DNA from: Oligoflexales bacterium
Lineage (GTDB): Bacteria > Bdellovibrionota_B > Oligoflexia > Oligoflexales > JALZUQ01
Assembly (NCBI GenBank): GCA_041740975.1
Contig: JBGSKV010000088.1
Location: forward strand, 33,734 to 97,733
Length of the DNA: 64,000 bases
Direction of reading: 5' to 3'
Shown: positions 36,802-46,322 of the stretch, one piece after another
How the letters are laid out: every line of letters begins with the position of its first letter
How positions within the stretch are numbered: position 1 is the first letter of the stretch
Notes under the pieces: model-generated
What the model was told of the DNA's origin: nothing
The model's database searches: none
The model's input: only the letters and a program-made list of their open reading frames with translations
Program-made: the position numbers and the translations under genes

Positions 36802-38898
36802 TCAAGGAGGAGCTGCACACCTACCATGCGAATTGCAATAACTACTACAGCAGTTCCTCCAAGTTGAGCACTCTCGGCCGTTTCTCATTTCGACTGGGCA
36901 TGCCGGCTGCAAATCAATACATTTTCCAGCTGAACATGAAAGTCCTGAGCAACAATTTCCTTCAGCTGCTGTTCCGCAACTTTGGTTGACCGTTTTGCAA
37001 GTCGCTCCACAAACTCCGTTCTGACAAAGACCTCGACAACATTGAGCGCTCGACGTGCAGGAAAGACTGTCCGCTCGGCAGATCAATGGCAAATCTTGGC
37101 TTCGGCAAGTTTTGACTCCGTTCATTAGGAAATCCGTGCAATTAAACCCAGCGCAACACTCGGAGGCTGTTGTGCAAGTTGCGCCGCTTCCTCTACATTG
37201 TGGCGCATGATTAGCAGAACAAACCTTCGTACCAATGGTCGTAGAAAACTGACATGTGCCATTGCAACACTCAGAACTGAGAGTACACATCTGCAACTCG
37301 CTTTTGCATGCTGGAGCAGGATTCGCACACTGACCATTCAAACAAGTTCCACTACAACACTGAGAACCTGCTGTGCAGCTAGTGCTGTTTGATTGGCAGA
37401 CTTGTTTGGGCAGACACTTGTAACGATCTATTATATTGGGAGAGGTATTTCCAGGTTCGAGTTTGCACTCATTGTTTGTAGTATCACAACATGGAAAAGA
37501 GTTGCTGCAGTTTTGATTTATACTTGCACAAGTCGGTGTGGGCATAGGTGGATTGGTGGGAGTCGGGTTTTGCGGGCCGACACAGATTTGATTACCTATA
37601 GAACCTTGGCATGAATGATTAGCGTTGCAGCAATAAACCTGAGCAGTAGCACCTGGATCATTTAACCATAGTGGAATACTTCCACATTTCTGGCCACCGG
37701 AAGCACACTGAGGAATTTTGCAATGTTTTGAACTAGGGTCGCAGGCACCCGAACCAACACACCCACACTCCAAAGCAGGATTGCAGCAGTCGGCATTAGT
37801 TGCGCATAGTTCACTGTACTCGGAACACTGTGGCTCAGGATCTTGTGGTGGATTATCTTCTATCGTCTCGAACACCGCACTTACCGTTTTATTGTCAGTC
37901 ATGGTCACGAGGCAGACGCCGCTGGTAAGTGCTTCGTCATTATTCGAGCATCCCCTTAGTGACGACAATTCATATCCATCGCTAGCTTTGACATTTAATA
38001 CAATAGTATCGAACTTGTCGTATGCCTCTGTGCAGTCCGGATTGCAATTAATCCCATATCCCGAAACATTTCCTTCGCCAAAAATTCTAACGCTTAGGAG
38101 GTGTTTCGAATCCGGAGATGGCGAATGACTGCTTGACGGGTTTTCTTCACAGTTTGTAATTTTTGGCAAAAAGCCAGCCTTACCAATCCTGCATGCGTTG
38201 CTGTCTCCAGGAATGAATACTCCTGGCCTGGTAAGATTAACATCAATTATGTAACTATATAGTTGGCCGCCACATCCCGTTACGGTGAATTTGTTTACTA
38301 CATGGTTACACATAAACTCGAAACCAGAGGTAGGATTCCCATCAGCTTGCGCCATGAGTTCAGTGTAAGCAAGATTAAAAAGGCTCGCGTGCTCTTCGCA
38401 ATCGCCCTTTTGACGTAGCGTATCCTCATTGGAGGCAATTATAATCTTTGTTGCAGTGTGAACGCATTTTGCCAGCAAAATTGGGTCTTTGATATCCTTG
38501 CAACTCGCTTTGACAAAATTGACGTAAGGCATGACATCTTTATCGCAACCTCTAGTACAATTTTCCCTGCTGCAACCTATTAAGGAGCAAGCTGCGACCA
38601 AAAAGGTTGTTCCTGTTGTCGCTTTGCTTTCTATGAAAGCTTTCCACTCTTCGTATGTGAATGTTGAAGGGACACATCCACTTTGGCTACTTGGCCCTTC
38701 TGGCCCTTCAGGACCATCTAGTCCTTTCTCATAAATCGCACGGGGATCAATTATCACAGTATAATCAAAGTTTCTTTTCGCATTGTTTTTTAACTTCTCA
38801 TTAAACTTTGCGTAGACGTCATTTGAATCAATGCTTTTTACTTCTTTAGTGCATGCGCAAAGATAAACAAAAGATAAAAATATAAAAAACATTTTCAT
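36802..38898 (-). CDS. Cys-rich lipoprotein: transglutaminase-like domain, InlB-B-like repeat and nine knottin-like repeats
   Basis: LCAC lipobox; GDCEEHA...NHVVN...YIID; G.G.V...INC..DC...C.VTM...KTVSAVF; nine C-x6(-9)-C-xn-CC-xn-C-xn-C units. Confidence 0.75.
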   Translation of the reverse strand: MKMFFIFLSFVYLCACTKEVKSIDSNDVYAKFNEKLKNNAKRNFDYTVIIDPRAIYEKGLDGPEGPEGPSSQSGCVPSTFTYEEWKAFIESKATTGTTFLVAACSLIGCSRENCTRGCDKDVMPYVNFVKASCKDIKDPILLAKCVHTATKIIIASNEDTLRQKGDCEEHASLFNLAYTELMAQADGNPTSGFEFMCNHVVNKFTVTGCGGQLYSYIIDVNLTRPGVFIPGDSNACRIGKAGFLPKITNCEENPSSSHSPSPDSKHLLSVRIFGEGNVSGYGINCNPDCTEAYDKFDTIVLNVKASDGYELSSLRGCSNNDEALTSGVCLVTMTDNKTVSAVFETIEDNPPQDPEPQCSEYSELCATNADCCNPALECGCVGSGACDPSSKHCKIPQCASGGQKCGSIPLWLNDPGATAQVYCCNANHSCQGSIGNQICVGPQNPTPTNPPMPTPTCASINQNCSNSFPCCDTTNNECKLEPGNTSPNIIDRYKCLPKQVCQSNSTSCTAGSQCCSGTCLNGQCANPAPACKSELQMCTLSSECCNGTCQFSTTIGTKVCSANHAPQCRGSGATCTTASECCAGFNCTDFLMNGVKTCRSQDLPLICRADSLSCTSSAQCCRGLCQNGVCGATCKTVNQSCGTAAEGNCCSGLSCSAGKCIDLQPACPVEMRNGRECSTWRNCCSSYCNSHGRCAAPP

Positions 38899-39336
38899 AT
38901 ATAATGTTCCAGATAATTTAAAGGTTATTTCTAAAAATTCTATTTCGTATTTGAATAAAAATCAAATAGTTTATGTACCAACTGTTAATAGGTAGGGACG
39001 CACTTGCGGTAAACAAATTTGCGCTATCCATGCTTTATTCCAGATTTGAGTCCAGGCGAGTATGCTGCAAAATGGTCAGGTCACGAGCGGCAACTTAGCC
39101 ATGACCGCTCAGTGGAAAGGGTCATCGCGACCCAGCGAAGATATGCTTCGACTAGTCTGGCCGAATTTCATCGATCCGCGTCATTTTCGTCAGCCATTTC
39201 CGGGAGCATCAAAATAGATCGCAAAACAGCCTCTATAATCGACCAAATTTGCGTCGGATTTTGACAAACCTCACTTTCTTAAAGCCAAACGCCGATACGA
39301 TCCTAAATGTTTCGTTTATTTTAGAGGTACTAAGCT

Positions 39337-40200
39337 ATGCGCCTTGCGTTTTTATGGCTTTTGAGCACTGCCATAGCGTGTTCTCAAAGCGAACTAAATG
39401 TCAATCCATTGAACCCACGTTCGGTGGATTCCAATAGTTCTAAGCCTTCGACGGCGATTCCGGCAAATTTAACGACAACGGCTTGGCAAAAGTCGAATCT
39501 AACCTTTTGCTGGAATGTTGATGAGAAATGGTCTCAAACTAGTGAGATTATACAAGCTGAGTCGTTTGCATCGCAAAAAGCTCGTGAGCAGTTTAGCACA
39601 ATGACGACCGGAGTTGCGGCAATTGGTTTTGAAAAATGTACCCAAGTAGAAAACCCAGATGTCATTATCATTTGGACCGAAGCTGACATAGAGGGCGGCG
39701 CGGCTAGTCATTTTGGCCGTTTGTATGGCGGCACGACTCCAAGAGCTAATATGGGGTCCATATCTAAACCTGCTATTCACCTAAATCCAATCAGCATCAA
39801 TCGTACAGCTGAGTTAGCTCGAACATCTTTTCAAAATGTTTTGGCTGAAAACTTATTACATGAAATTGGCCATATTGTAGGTTTATTCCATGAACATGGG
39901 CATCCCCAATCAACTTGCAGCGTAAAAGAAGACACCTTGGGATTATTCAAGCAGTTTTTTCCGCAACTTGTAGATACGGTTGACATCTTTGCCCCGACCT
40001 ATGACCCATACTCAGTGATGAGTTATTGCAAAACTCACGCCTTACTCCGATCAAGTCAAAATCACGACTCACAACTTGACCCAAGTAGGGTTCAACCAGG
40101 ACTATCGTTAACTGATAAATCTAGGCTTCGAGATATGTATAAAGGTCTTCCTCAGGATGCGGCGCTAATCGAAGTCGAACCAAAGCAAAATTTAAATTAA
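39337..40200 (+). CDS. Metzincin zinc metalloprotease lipoprotein
   Basis: AIAC lipobox; HEIGHIVGLFHEH; YDPYSVMSY Met-turn. Confidence 0.88.
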   Translation: MRLAFLWLLSTAIACSQSELNVNPLNPRSVDSNSSKPSTAIPANLTTTAWQKSNLTFCWNVDEKWSQTSEIIQAESFASQKAREQFSTMTTGVAAIGFEKCTQVENPDVIIIWTEADIEGGAASHFGRLYGGTTPRANMGSISKPAIHLNPISINRTAELARTSFQNVLAENLLHEIGHIVGLFHEHGHPQSTCSVKEDTLGLFKQFFPQLVDTVDIFAPTYDPYSVMSYCKTHALLRSSQNHDSQLDPSRVQPGLSLTDKSRLRDMYKGLPQDAALIEVEPKQNLN

Positions 40201-40242
40201 AAATTTGATTGAAGCACTCGTCTTTTGGAAAGTTTAAAGTAC

Positions 40243-40730
40243 TCAAGTAAAATGAAAATCTATATGCTGCTTAATGAAAGTTGAAATAAAATAATAGCTG
40301 TGGTCATAGCCTTCTTGAAATCGACAGTACAATAGCTGACCCTTCACCTCACTGGCATCTATAAAGTTTTTCGTCAAAAACTGATTTTCCAAAAATTCAT
40401 CTTTCGTGCTCTGGTCGATCAAAATCGTGTCCGAGCGTTTTTTGCCCGCTTCCAGAAGCTCGCAAGCATCCCATTCCTTCCATTTGCTAAGGTCGTCGCC
40501 AAGATAATCCTGAAAAGCATTTCGACCCCAAGGGCATCGCGTTGGATTGACGATAGGAGAAAAGGCCGACACAGATTTGAACTTAGTGGGCTCGCGAAGT
40601 CCCATAATTAAAGCCCTATGCCCACCCATCGAATGACCACTCAATGCCATGCGATCGTGACGAAACTGAAAATTCGCCAACAATAGATCATAGAATTCTT
40701 TGCTAACGTAGTCGCACATCCAGTAGTGTT
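40243..40730 (-). pseudogene. fghA: 5'-truncated S-formylglutathione hydrolase
   Basis: GHSMGGH, SVSAFSPI.NP...PWG..AF, GYDHSYYFISTF; the N-terminal part is replaced by the IS91-like fragment. Confidence 0.85.
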
Positions 40731-41829
40731 AGGCAATATCGCTTGGTTATGAGAAAGACAAACTGCATGCAGGAGGTGCAACATTTATTCAGCGATTTGG
40801 TTCATCTTTAAATCTGAATGTCCATTTTCATATGCTATTTATTGAAGGTGTTTACCTTGATAGAAGTAATCAAAACCTTAAACCAAAATTTATTCCCACC
40901 CCTCCGCCCACAGATGATCAAATACTTCTAGTTGTGGCTAGAATTTCAAAACGCATCATAAAACTTCTTCGAAAAGAAGGGTATTTAGATAAAAGTACCA
41001 TTGAAGCTATTCGTACTAGTCATGATCCATTATTTAGTGAAGAACCAGAACATTCGCGAAGTATGAGTGCCTCGATAAAACATATGATTGCATTTGGGCC
41101 TAGAGCTGGTCAGAAGGTGCGAACCCTTAAAATAGCCAGATCATTTGGCGAAGATGGCTAAAAAGCAAAACTTATTAAAGAGCGCTGTGCAGCGATTAAC
41201 GGCTTTAGTTTGCATGCTGATGTAAGAATTAAAGCTAAAAAGCGTGACAAGTTAGAAAAACTTGTGCGTTATACTGCGAGGGGAGCTTTTTCACATAAGC
41301 GTTTATCTCAGGATAAAAATGGTGATTTGCTTTACGAACTTAAAACTCCGTGGAGTGATGGGACCACCCATATAAAACTCAGTCCTATGGAACTAATTGA
41401 AAAGCTTTGTGCTTTGATTCCACTACCGAACTATAATTTGTTTCGTTACTGCGGAGTGCTTGCTCCCAACTCAAAGCTCAGAAGACATATCGTTCCCAAT
41501 CCAAAAGCAGGGGAGGTGCAAGCAACCTCAGAAAGTGGCGATTCAACCCCACCAGCTACGAGATATTCGTCGGGTCACGCGAGCCGGCGAGCGGGAGGAA
41601 AAACTTTTGAAGAGGTCATTCGGCCTTGATTTGAGCAGATCGGGTCACGCGAGCTGGCGAGCGGGAGGATTCTTGCTATTCAGAAAACTTCAAAGCCGTT
41701 GCGATGATTGAAGATCCCGATATCGTGCAAAAGATCCTTCTGGCTGTTGGTTTGGAAGCAAGAGCCCCACCCATTGCGCCTGCCAGAACCGCGCAAGAGC
41801 TAGAATACACCAACTACTTTGATGAGTGA
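40731..41829 (+). pseudogene. IS91/ISCR-family (Y2 HUH) transposase pseudogene
   Basis: QRFGSSLNLNVHFH (HUH), GFSLHA, RYTAR, LKTPWSDGT, RYCGVLAPN, IEDP...KIL...RAPP.APAR; 5' truncated, in-frame TAA at 41159-41161, two frameshifting insertions. Confidence 0.9.
41570..41669 (+). repeat. Two copies of a 30-bp GC-rich sequence
   Basis: TCGGGTCACGCGAGCYGGCGAGCGGGAGGA at 41570-41599 and 41640-41669, one mismatch. Confidence 0.92.
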
Positions 41830-41986
41830 TTTGTTGTCCACGGATGTACAACTCGACGAGGTGACGTTGTTGCTCGCTTTCAAATCGAGTAGGCGCGTGT
41901 ATATGGCGAATTTTTCTGGTAAAGACTCAACCAGACCGATAAAATCAAGTTTCGGAAAGGACTCCATATGGGAATGGGGGCCAGGA

Positions 41987-42043
41987 TTTGGGTTTTGTGA
42001 GCCCAAAGCATCGATAAAAAAGGGCTTTATAATTCCTATCCGC
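41987..42043 (+). mobile_element. oriIS-like end of an IS91-family element
   Basis: Hairpin TTTGGGTT...AGCCCAAA, then GGGCTTTATAATTCCTATCCGC, resembling the TTCCTAT core of IS91/ISCR oriIS; about 200 bp downstream of the transposase. Confidence 0.7.
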
Positions 42044-42262
42044 TTTACAACAAAGCTCAAAAACGACTCATGGAATACGAGGGTGTATCCAATGTTGTCG
42101 ACGACGATAGCAAGAAACAAACCGTTACCATTCGTTACACATACTAGTTCAGAGTTTCAAATATCGAGAAGCCAAGGTATCAATCTTGGCTTCCCAAACT
42201 TCTTTCTCACCTTCGCTTAAGAATGAAGAGCGAAAAGAGTTTTTTGCAATTGTCGCCATGTC
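42044..42262 (+). repeat. Direct repeat copy B, 219 bp
   Basis: See copy A; holds an orphan 3' end of the 35540 gene and the true 3' end of add. Confidence 0.95.
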
Positions 42263-43162
42263 CCCTACCCCTAGTCCCAATGCGATTTGCGTTTCTTCGT
42301 AGTTCTGCAGCATATAGCCGCCAAAATAAGCTGGATCATCACTATTGATGGAAACATTCAACCCCTCATCTAAAAGCTTTTTCAGATTGTGTTTCGTCAA
42401 ATCAGGAAAAACGCAAAGCTTGACGTTCGACAATGGACAAACCGTCAGCGGAACACTCTCTTTACGCAAATGTGCCACTAATTCTGAATCTTCTAAACAG
42501 CGAACGCCGTGATCGACTCGTTTCACTTTTAACAAGTTCAATGCCTGCCAGATGTAGTCGGGCGGACCTTCTTCGCCTGCATGCGCCACAGTCATAAGAC
42601 CTAGTTCTCGCGCCTTCGCAAAAACTCTCTCGAACTTTTCTGGCGGGTGTCCGACTTCCGAGGAGTCCAATCCGACCGCAACGATCTTGTCTAAATATGG
42701 CGTGGCCTGTTTAAGCGTTTCTAAAGCCATTTCCTCAGGTAAATGCCGCAAAAAGCACATAATCAGCAATGAACTGATTTGAAACTGACTTTTAGCATCC
42801 TTCATGGCGCGATGAAGGCCACTGATGACCGTCCCAAATGCGACGCCTCTATCCGTGTGAGTTTGAGGATCAAAAAATAACTCCGCATGAGTAACGTTGT
42901 CTTCTTGGCATTTTTTAAAATAAGCCATGGCAAGATCATAAAAATCTTGTTCTTCGATCAAAACGCCCGCACCTGCATAGTAGATGTCCAAGAAACTTTG
43001 AAGATTGTTGAATTGATAAGCAGATTTTATTTCCTGGACAGATTTGTACTTCAGTTCAATTTTGTTCCGCTTCGCTAGTGCGAACATAAGCTCTGGCTCA
43101 AGCGAACCTTCTATATGCAAATGCAGTTCGGCCTTTGGTAAGGCTTTTAAATACTCATGCAT
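42149..43162 (-). CDS. add: Adenosine/adenine deaminase
   Basis: [52 protein letters not shown]. Confidence 0.95.
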   Translation of the reverse strand: MHEYLKALPKAELHLHIEGSLEPELMFALAKRNKIELKYKSVQEIKSAYQFNNLQSFLDIYYAGAGVLIEEQDFYDLAMAYFKKCQEDNVTHAELFFDPQTHTDRGVAFGTVISGLHRAMKDAKSQFQISSLLIMCFLRHLPEEMALETLKQATPYLDKIVAVGLDSSEVGHPPEKFERVFAKARELGLMTVAHAGEEGPPDYIWQALNLLKVKRVDHGVRCLEDSELVAHLRKESVPLTVCPLSNVKLCVFPDLTKHNLKKLLDEGLNVSINSDDPAYFGGYMLQNYEETQIALGLGVGDMATIAKNSFRSSFLSEGEKEVWEAKIDTLASRYLKL

Positions 43163-43248
43163 GTTTTACGCCTTTTTTGTCAATTCCCCAAAATCCTAGC
43201 AGTTTTCCAGGCCTCATGATAGTTCTGATGTTTCTGGAGGTCAGCTTC

Positions 43249-43725
43249 ATGATCACGCCACAACTTGCACATACCTTTTATGAAACTGCTGTCGGTACAT
43301 TGACGATAACCGCCCATGAGAAGGGCCTTGTTCAATTAAATTGGGTCAAGTCGTCAATAATTTTAGGAGATGAGGATCCGAACCACCCCATTCTTAGAAA
43401 AACTGTGAAGCAATTGGACGAATATTTTGCAAAAAAACGTCAACAGTTTGATTTGCCCTTAGACATGCGGGGAACGACCTTTCAAAAGGAAGCATGGCAG
43501 GCCTTACAGGAAATTGGCTATGGTAAAACCTGTTCTTACAGCGAACAAGCAAAACGAATCGGTAGGTCCAAAGCCTTTCGCGCCGTAGGTTCCGCCAACG
43601 GCAAAAACCCGCTCCCCATCATTGTTCCCTGCCATCGAGTCATATCGGCATCTGGTAAAATGGCTGGATATACCGGCGGATTGGACAAGAAGATTTTTTT
43701 ATTGGCCCATGAGTCAAACAACTAA
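43249..43725 (+). CDS. ogt: Methylated-DNA-protein-cysteine methyltransferase
   Basis: GTTFQ..AW, RAVGSANGKNP, PCHRV; GGAGG RBS before ATG 43249. Confidence 0.95.
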   Translation: MITPQLAHTFYETAVGTLTITAHEKGLVQLNWVKSSIILGDEDPNHPILRKTVKQLDEYFAKKRQQFDLPLDMRGTTFQKEAWQALQEIGYGKTCSYSEQAKRIGRSKAFRAVGSANGKNPLPIIVPCHRVISASGKMAGYTGGLDKKIFLLAHESNN

Positions 43726-43822
43726 ATTTCTATAAAAAAAATAAAATCATTTACTGCTATTTGCTCACAGCCCTACTATAATTATTGTTCTAGAATTCAA
43801 TAATCATTTACAGGAGGCTCTC

Positions 43823-44332
43823 GTGAAGTTCTTTGTCACTCTCACTCTTTTCAGTTTTGTCTTAACTGGTTGCGCAGGTATGTTCACTCCAGCAGTTCCC
43901 CTTTCACAAGCCGAAGTTAAGCGTTTAACGACTTGTGACAATGCCGATTTGAAAACAATCCGCAAAAACCTTCTTCTCGCTGGTTATGTTGTGACCAAAA
44001 CTACGGACGATGATCTTGTCACTGACTTCAAACAAGTCGGCGCCGGCTCATACAATAAAAAATGGGTTCGGGTTACTGCAGTTAAAGTTGACGACAAAAC
44101 TATCCGTTTCAAAACTCGTGAGAAGCTAGTTTCTACTGAACGGGTTGCAGATGAAACTGAAGAAAGCTCATACACAGGCTCACGTTATGCTAGCAAAGGC
44201 CGTCACAAGGGCCCGACAAAGCAAACGACAACTTACCGCAATCAAACAGTTCAAAACGAAACAGATTCTCTATACACGGATCGCACACGTCAAATGCACG
44301 AAACTCTTCACGCTGAAATTTGTAATCAGTAG
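43823..44332 (+). CDS. Hypothetical lipoprotein
   Basis: AGGAGG RBS, LTGC lipobox. Confidence 0.7.
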   Translation: MKFFVTLTLFSFVLTGCAGMFTPAVPLSQAEVKRLTTCDNADLKTIRKNLLLAGYVVTKTTDDDLVTDFKQVGAGSYNKKWVRVTAVKVDDKTIRFKTREKLVSTERVADETEESSYTGSRYASKGRHKGPTKQTTTYRNQTVQNETDSLYTDRTRQMHETLHAEICNQ

Positions 44333-44339
44333 TGGCTAC

Positions 44340-44400
44340 ACACTCGCGAAGCGAGTGAGGATTAGTTTATTAAGCTCCGCCCTCACCGGCGGAGTTTTTA
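44340..44400 (+). repeat. Two-hairpin intergenic repeat (solo copy); the second hairpin is terminator-like
   Basis: CACTCGC-GAA-GCGAGTG, spacer, CTCCGCC-CTCACC-GGCGGAG-TTTTT; homologous to 60763-60830. Confidence 0.8.
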
Positions 44401-45447
44401 TTTTGGCCAAAAAACGCTGGAGCATTTCAAAAACATTAGCTCGTCAGCTCCTAAAGCCGGCAGGACATGAGATTCGGACGCCAGCAAACGTATCATCTGC
44501 ATACCTCGCCATAGATTCTCATATTTATTTCCATTTTCGTTTATATTGCCATGAATCAGCCGGGCTACTTCAAAAGTTGCGACAGTGTCGAAATAAATAG
44601 TGTCAACACTCAGTCGGCCTACTCCCAAAAGTAAACTATTGAATTCCTCGGTTGGCAGAGACTGAACAAACTTCTTACTATCTGCAAACACTTTGACTGC
44701 GCCACCTTTTTCCATAGCATCAGCCAAGTCACCCTCATCCAAAAAAAGTAAGCTTCCCTTGGCGTCCACCCCAATCGGCAAAACCACAGACACAACAGAC
44801 TGATCTGTGTCGGGAACAAAGTAAGTCAGATCTGCAGGTTTTTGGAAGGCCCGAAAAATTTGATTTCTCAGTGCCAAGTCTGGCAGGGTGCTTGCACTAA
44901 ATTCGACTAGCCGCTCGCTAGGCACTCGATTCGATAACCTGGCAAAGCTAAGAATCATTGATCCTTCGACGATATACCCTTCAATCAAGTTTGTCTGAAT
45001 CTCAGCTCCTAAGGTTAAAACGCCAACATGCCCCGGAATCTTCGCAATATCCACCGGCTGACGGCGAACTCTTAGATTCAGCTCTATAACTTTTCCAACT
45101 TGCATGCGTTCATGATCATGCTGAAAGACCAAACCTGTTGCGATCACATCAAAAAACTCCCGCTGAAAACTCAATGCAGGCAAATCGATTGTACGCATTG
45201 CAGAGGAGGTCGGAGACAAATTGTATGCAAATGTATTTCCCATATGCGGAAGCTTTTCCCGACCGTGTGGATTCATAAGTGTGAGGGTTCCAGACACCGA
45301 ATCCAATAAGACTTCTGAATGACTTCCTATCAATGTAAGTGTCGTTTTCACTTTTACATGCGGAACATCAAGAGGAGCCGCCAAGGCAAATTGACCATTT
45401 AAAATCAAAGGTCCCAGTAAAACTAAAATTTGTCGGATTATTCGCAT
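44398..45447 (-). CDS. Hypothetical secreted protein
   Basis: 349-aa ORF with signal peptide; no recognised motif. Confidence 0.6.
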   Translation of the reverse strand: MRIIRQILVLLGPLILNGQFALAAPLDVPHVKVKTTLTLIGSHSEVLLDSVSGTLTLMNPHGREKLPHMGNTFAYNLSPTSSAMRTIDLPALSFQREFFDVIATGLVFQHDHERMQVGKVIELNLRVRRQPVDIAKIPGHVGVLTLGAEIQTNLIEGYIVEGSMILSFARLSNRVPSERLVEFSASTLPDLALRNQIFRAFQKPADLTYFVPDTDQSVVSVVLPIGVDAKGSLLFLDEGDLADAMEKGGAVKVFADSKKFVQSLPTEEFNSLLLGVGRLSVDTIYFDTVATFEVARLIHGNINENGNKYENLWRGMQMIRLLASESHVLPALGADELMFLKCSSVFWPK

Positions 45448-45575
45448 AAGGAAAAACCACCTTAAAATAGGAGTTTTTCTATAATATTTTAGAGTTTTTA
45501 AGTCAATGTCACTGGAAAAATGCAGATTTTAAAGATGCGTATCGCCATGAAATTCTGGCTTTAATTAGTCAATGT

Positions 45576-46313
45576 TCAAAACCCCAAACACATCGCTTGC
45601 AGTCGATTTTTACAGGCTGACGGCAAAAACTCCATAGCATCCTGTGCGCGGTGATTGGATAGGCGTTCAGCGTACTTCGACCGCGAATGAATAGCCGTTT
45701 TTTGCAATCCACTCATATCGATGTTAATCCAACAAGGAATCAAGCTATTGTAGCTAAAGTCAACTAAAGTGGAAAAATCCTGCAGAATATTTATTTCCCA
45801 AAGTTTTGAAACTGGCTCGATAAACAAAATCGTCTGTTTATGACCCAAACCCACTTTCAGCTCATCCAATGCTTTTGGCACAAAAGTTTTCCCGGGCTGT
45901 ACATAAAGAACATTCAGTCCAAAACGCCAAGCTGCTGCCAAAGCATAAGGCCATAAAATTCGCTCATTCTGCTCTGTTCGAAAAATTCGGCCTTTGTGAA
46001 TCTGATTCTGAGCAATACTACGCAACTCCTGCGACAGTGCTCCGTCCAATGTAAAAGACATTGGCAAACTCAATGGTTTTTCCGAAAGTCCACGTGCGCT
46101 TTTCACCAGCCTTTGCAATTGGGAGAGGCGGGACTGGAGATCGCAAAACTCAACCGAGTTGGATTGTGCGCAGCTTTTCTGGCCCGTTCCCTCACAACAA
46201 GGAAACATGGTAGGGTCAATTTTAAGATGGGAGCTTTGGTACTTTAGACCGTTAAGCACACCATTCAGATGAGGTTGAGAGAGTAGCTTGAGAACGCAAT
46301 TCGATTGGGTCAT
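45576..46313 (-). CDS. Hypothetical protein, probable degenerate DnaC/IstB-like AAA+ fold
   Basis: G..V.YV, ILFIE, LV...YN...P and RL..MC follow the same order as in the upstream ATPase; no Walker A. Confidence 0.5.
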   Translation of the reverse strand: MTQSNCVLKLLSQPHLNGVLNGLKYQSSHLKIDPTMFPCCEGTGQKSCAQSNSVEFCDLQSRLSQLQRLVKSARGLSEKPLSLPMSFTLDGALSQELRSIAQNQIHKGRIFRTEQNERILWPYALAAAWRFGLNVLYVQPGKTFVPKALDELKVGLGHKQTILFIEPVSKLWEINILQDFSTLVDFSYNSLIPCWINIDMSGLQKTAIHSRSKYAERLSNHRAQDAMEFLPSACKNRLQAMCLGF

Positions 46314-46322
46314 AGGAAACCG

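Larger units (their letters stand above)
36396..42043. mobile_element. 5.6-kb island between 219-bp direct repeats, ending in an IS91-family remnant
   Basis: Flanking direct repeats, transposase pseudogene, oriIS-like end and gene fragments. Confidence 0.8.

Noticed and set aside
39019-39264. 81-aa ORF and small hairpin (GAGCGG...CCGCTC) inside the island
   Set aside because: No RBS or recognisable motif; may be a decayed fragment but cannot be assigned.
41570-41669. Two 30-bp repeats with a 40-bp spacer as a mini-CRISPR
   Set aside because: Only two copies, not palindromic, no cas genes, and the spacer is transposase coding sequence.
41800-42220. ORFs 41819-42220 (+) and 41800-42120 (-)
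   Set aside because: They span the oriIS and the duplicated segment; chance frames across a junction.
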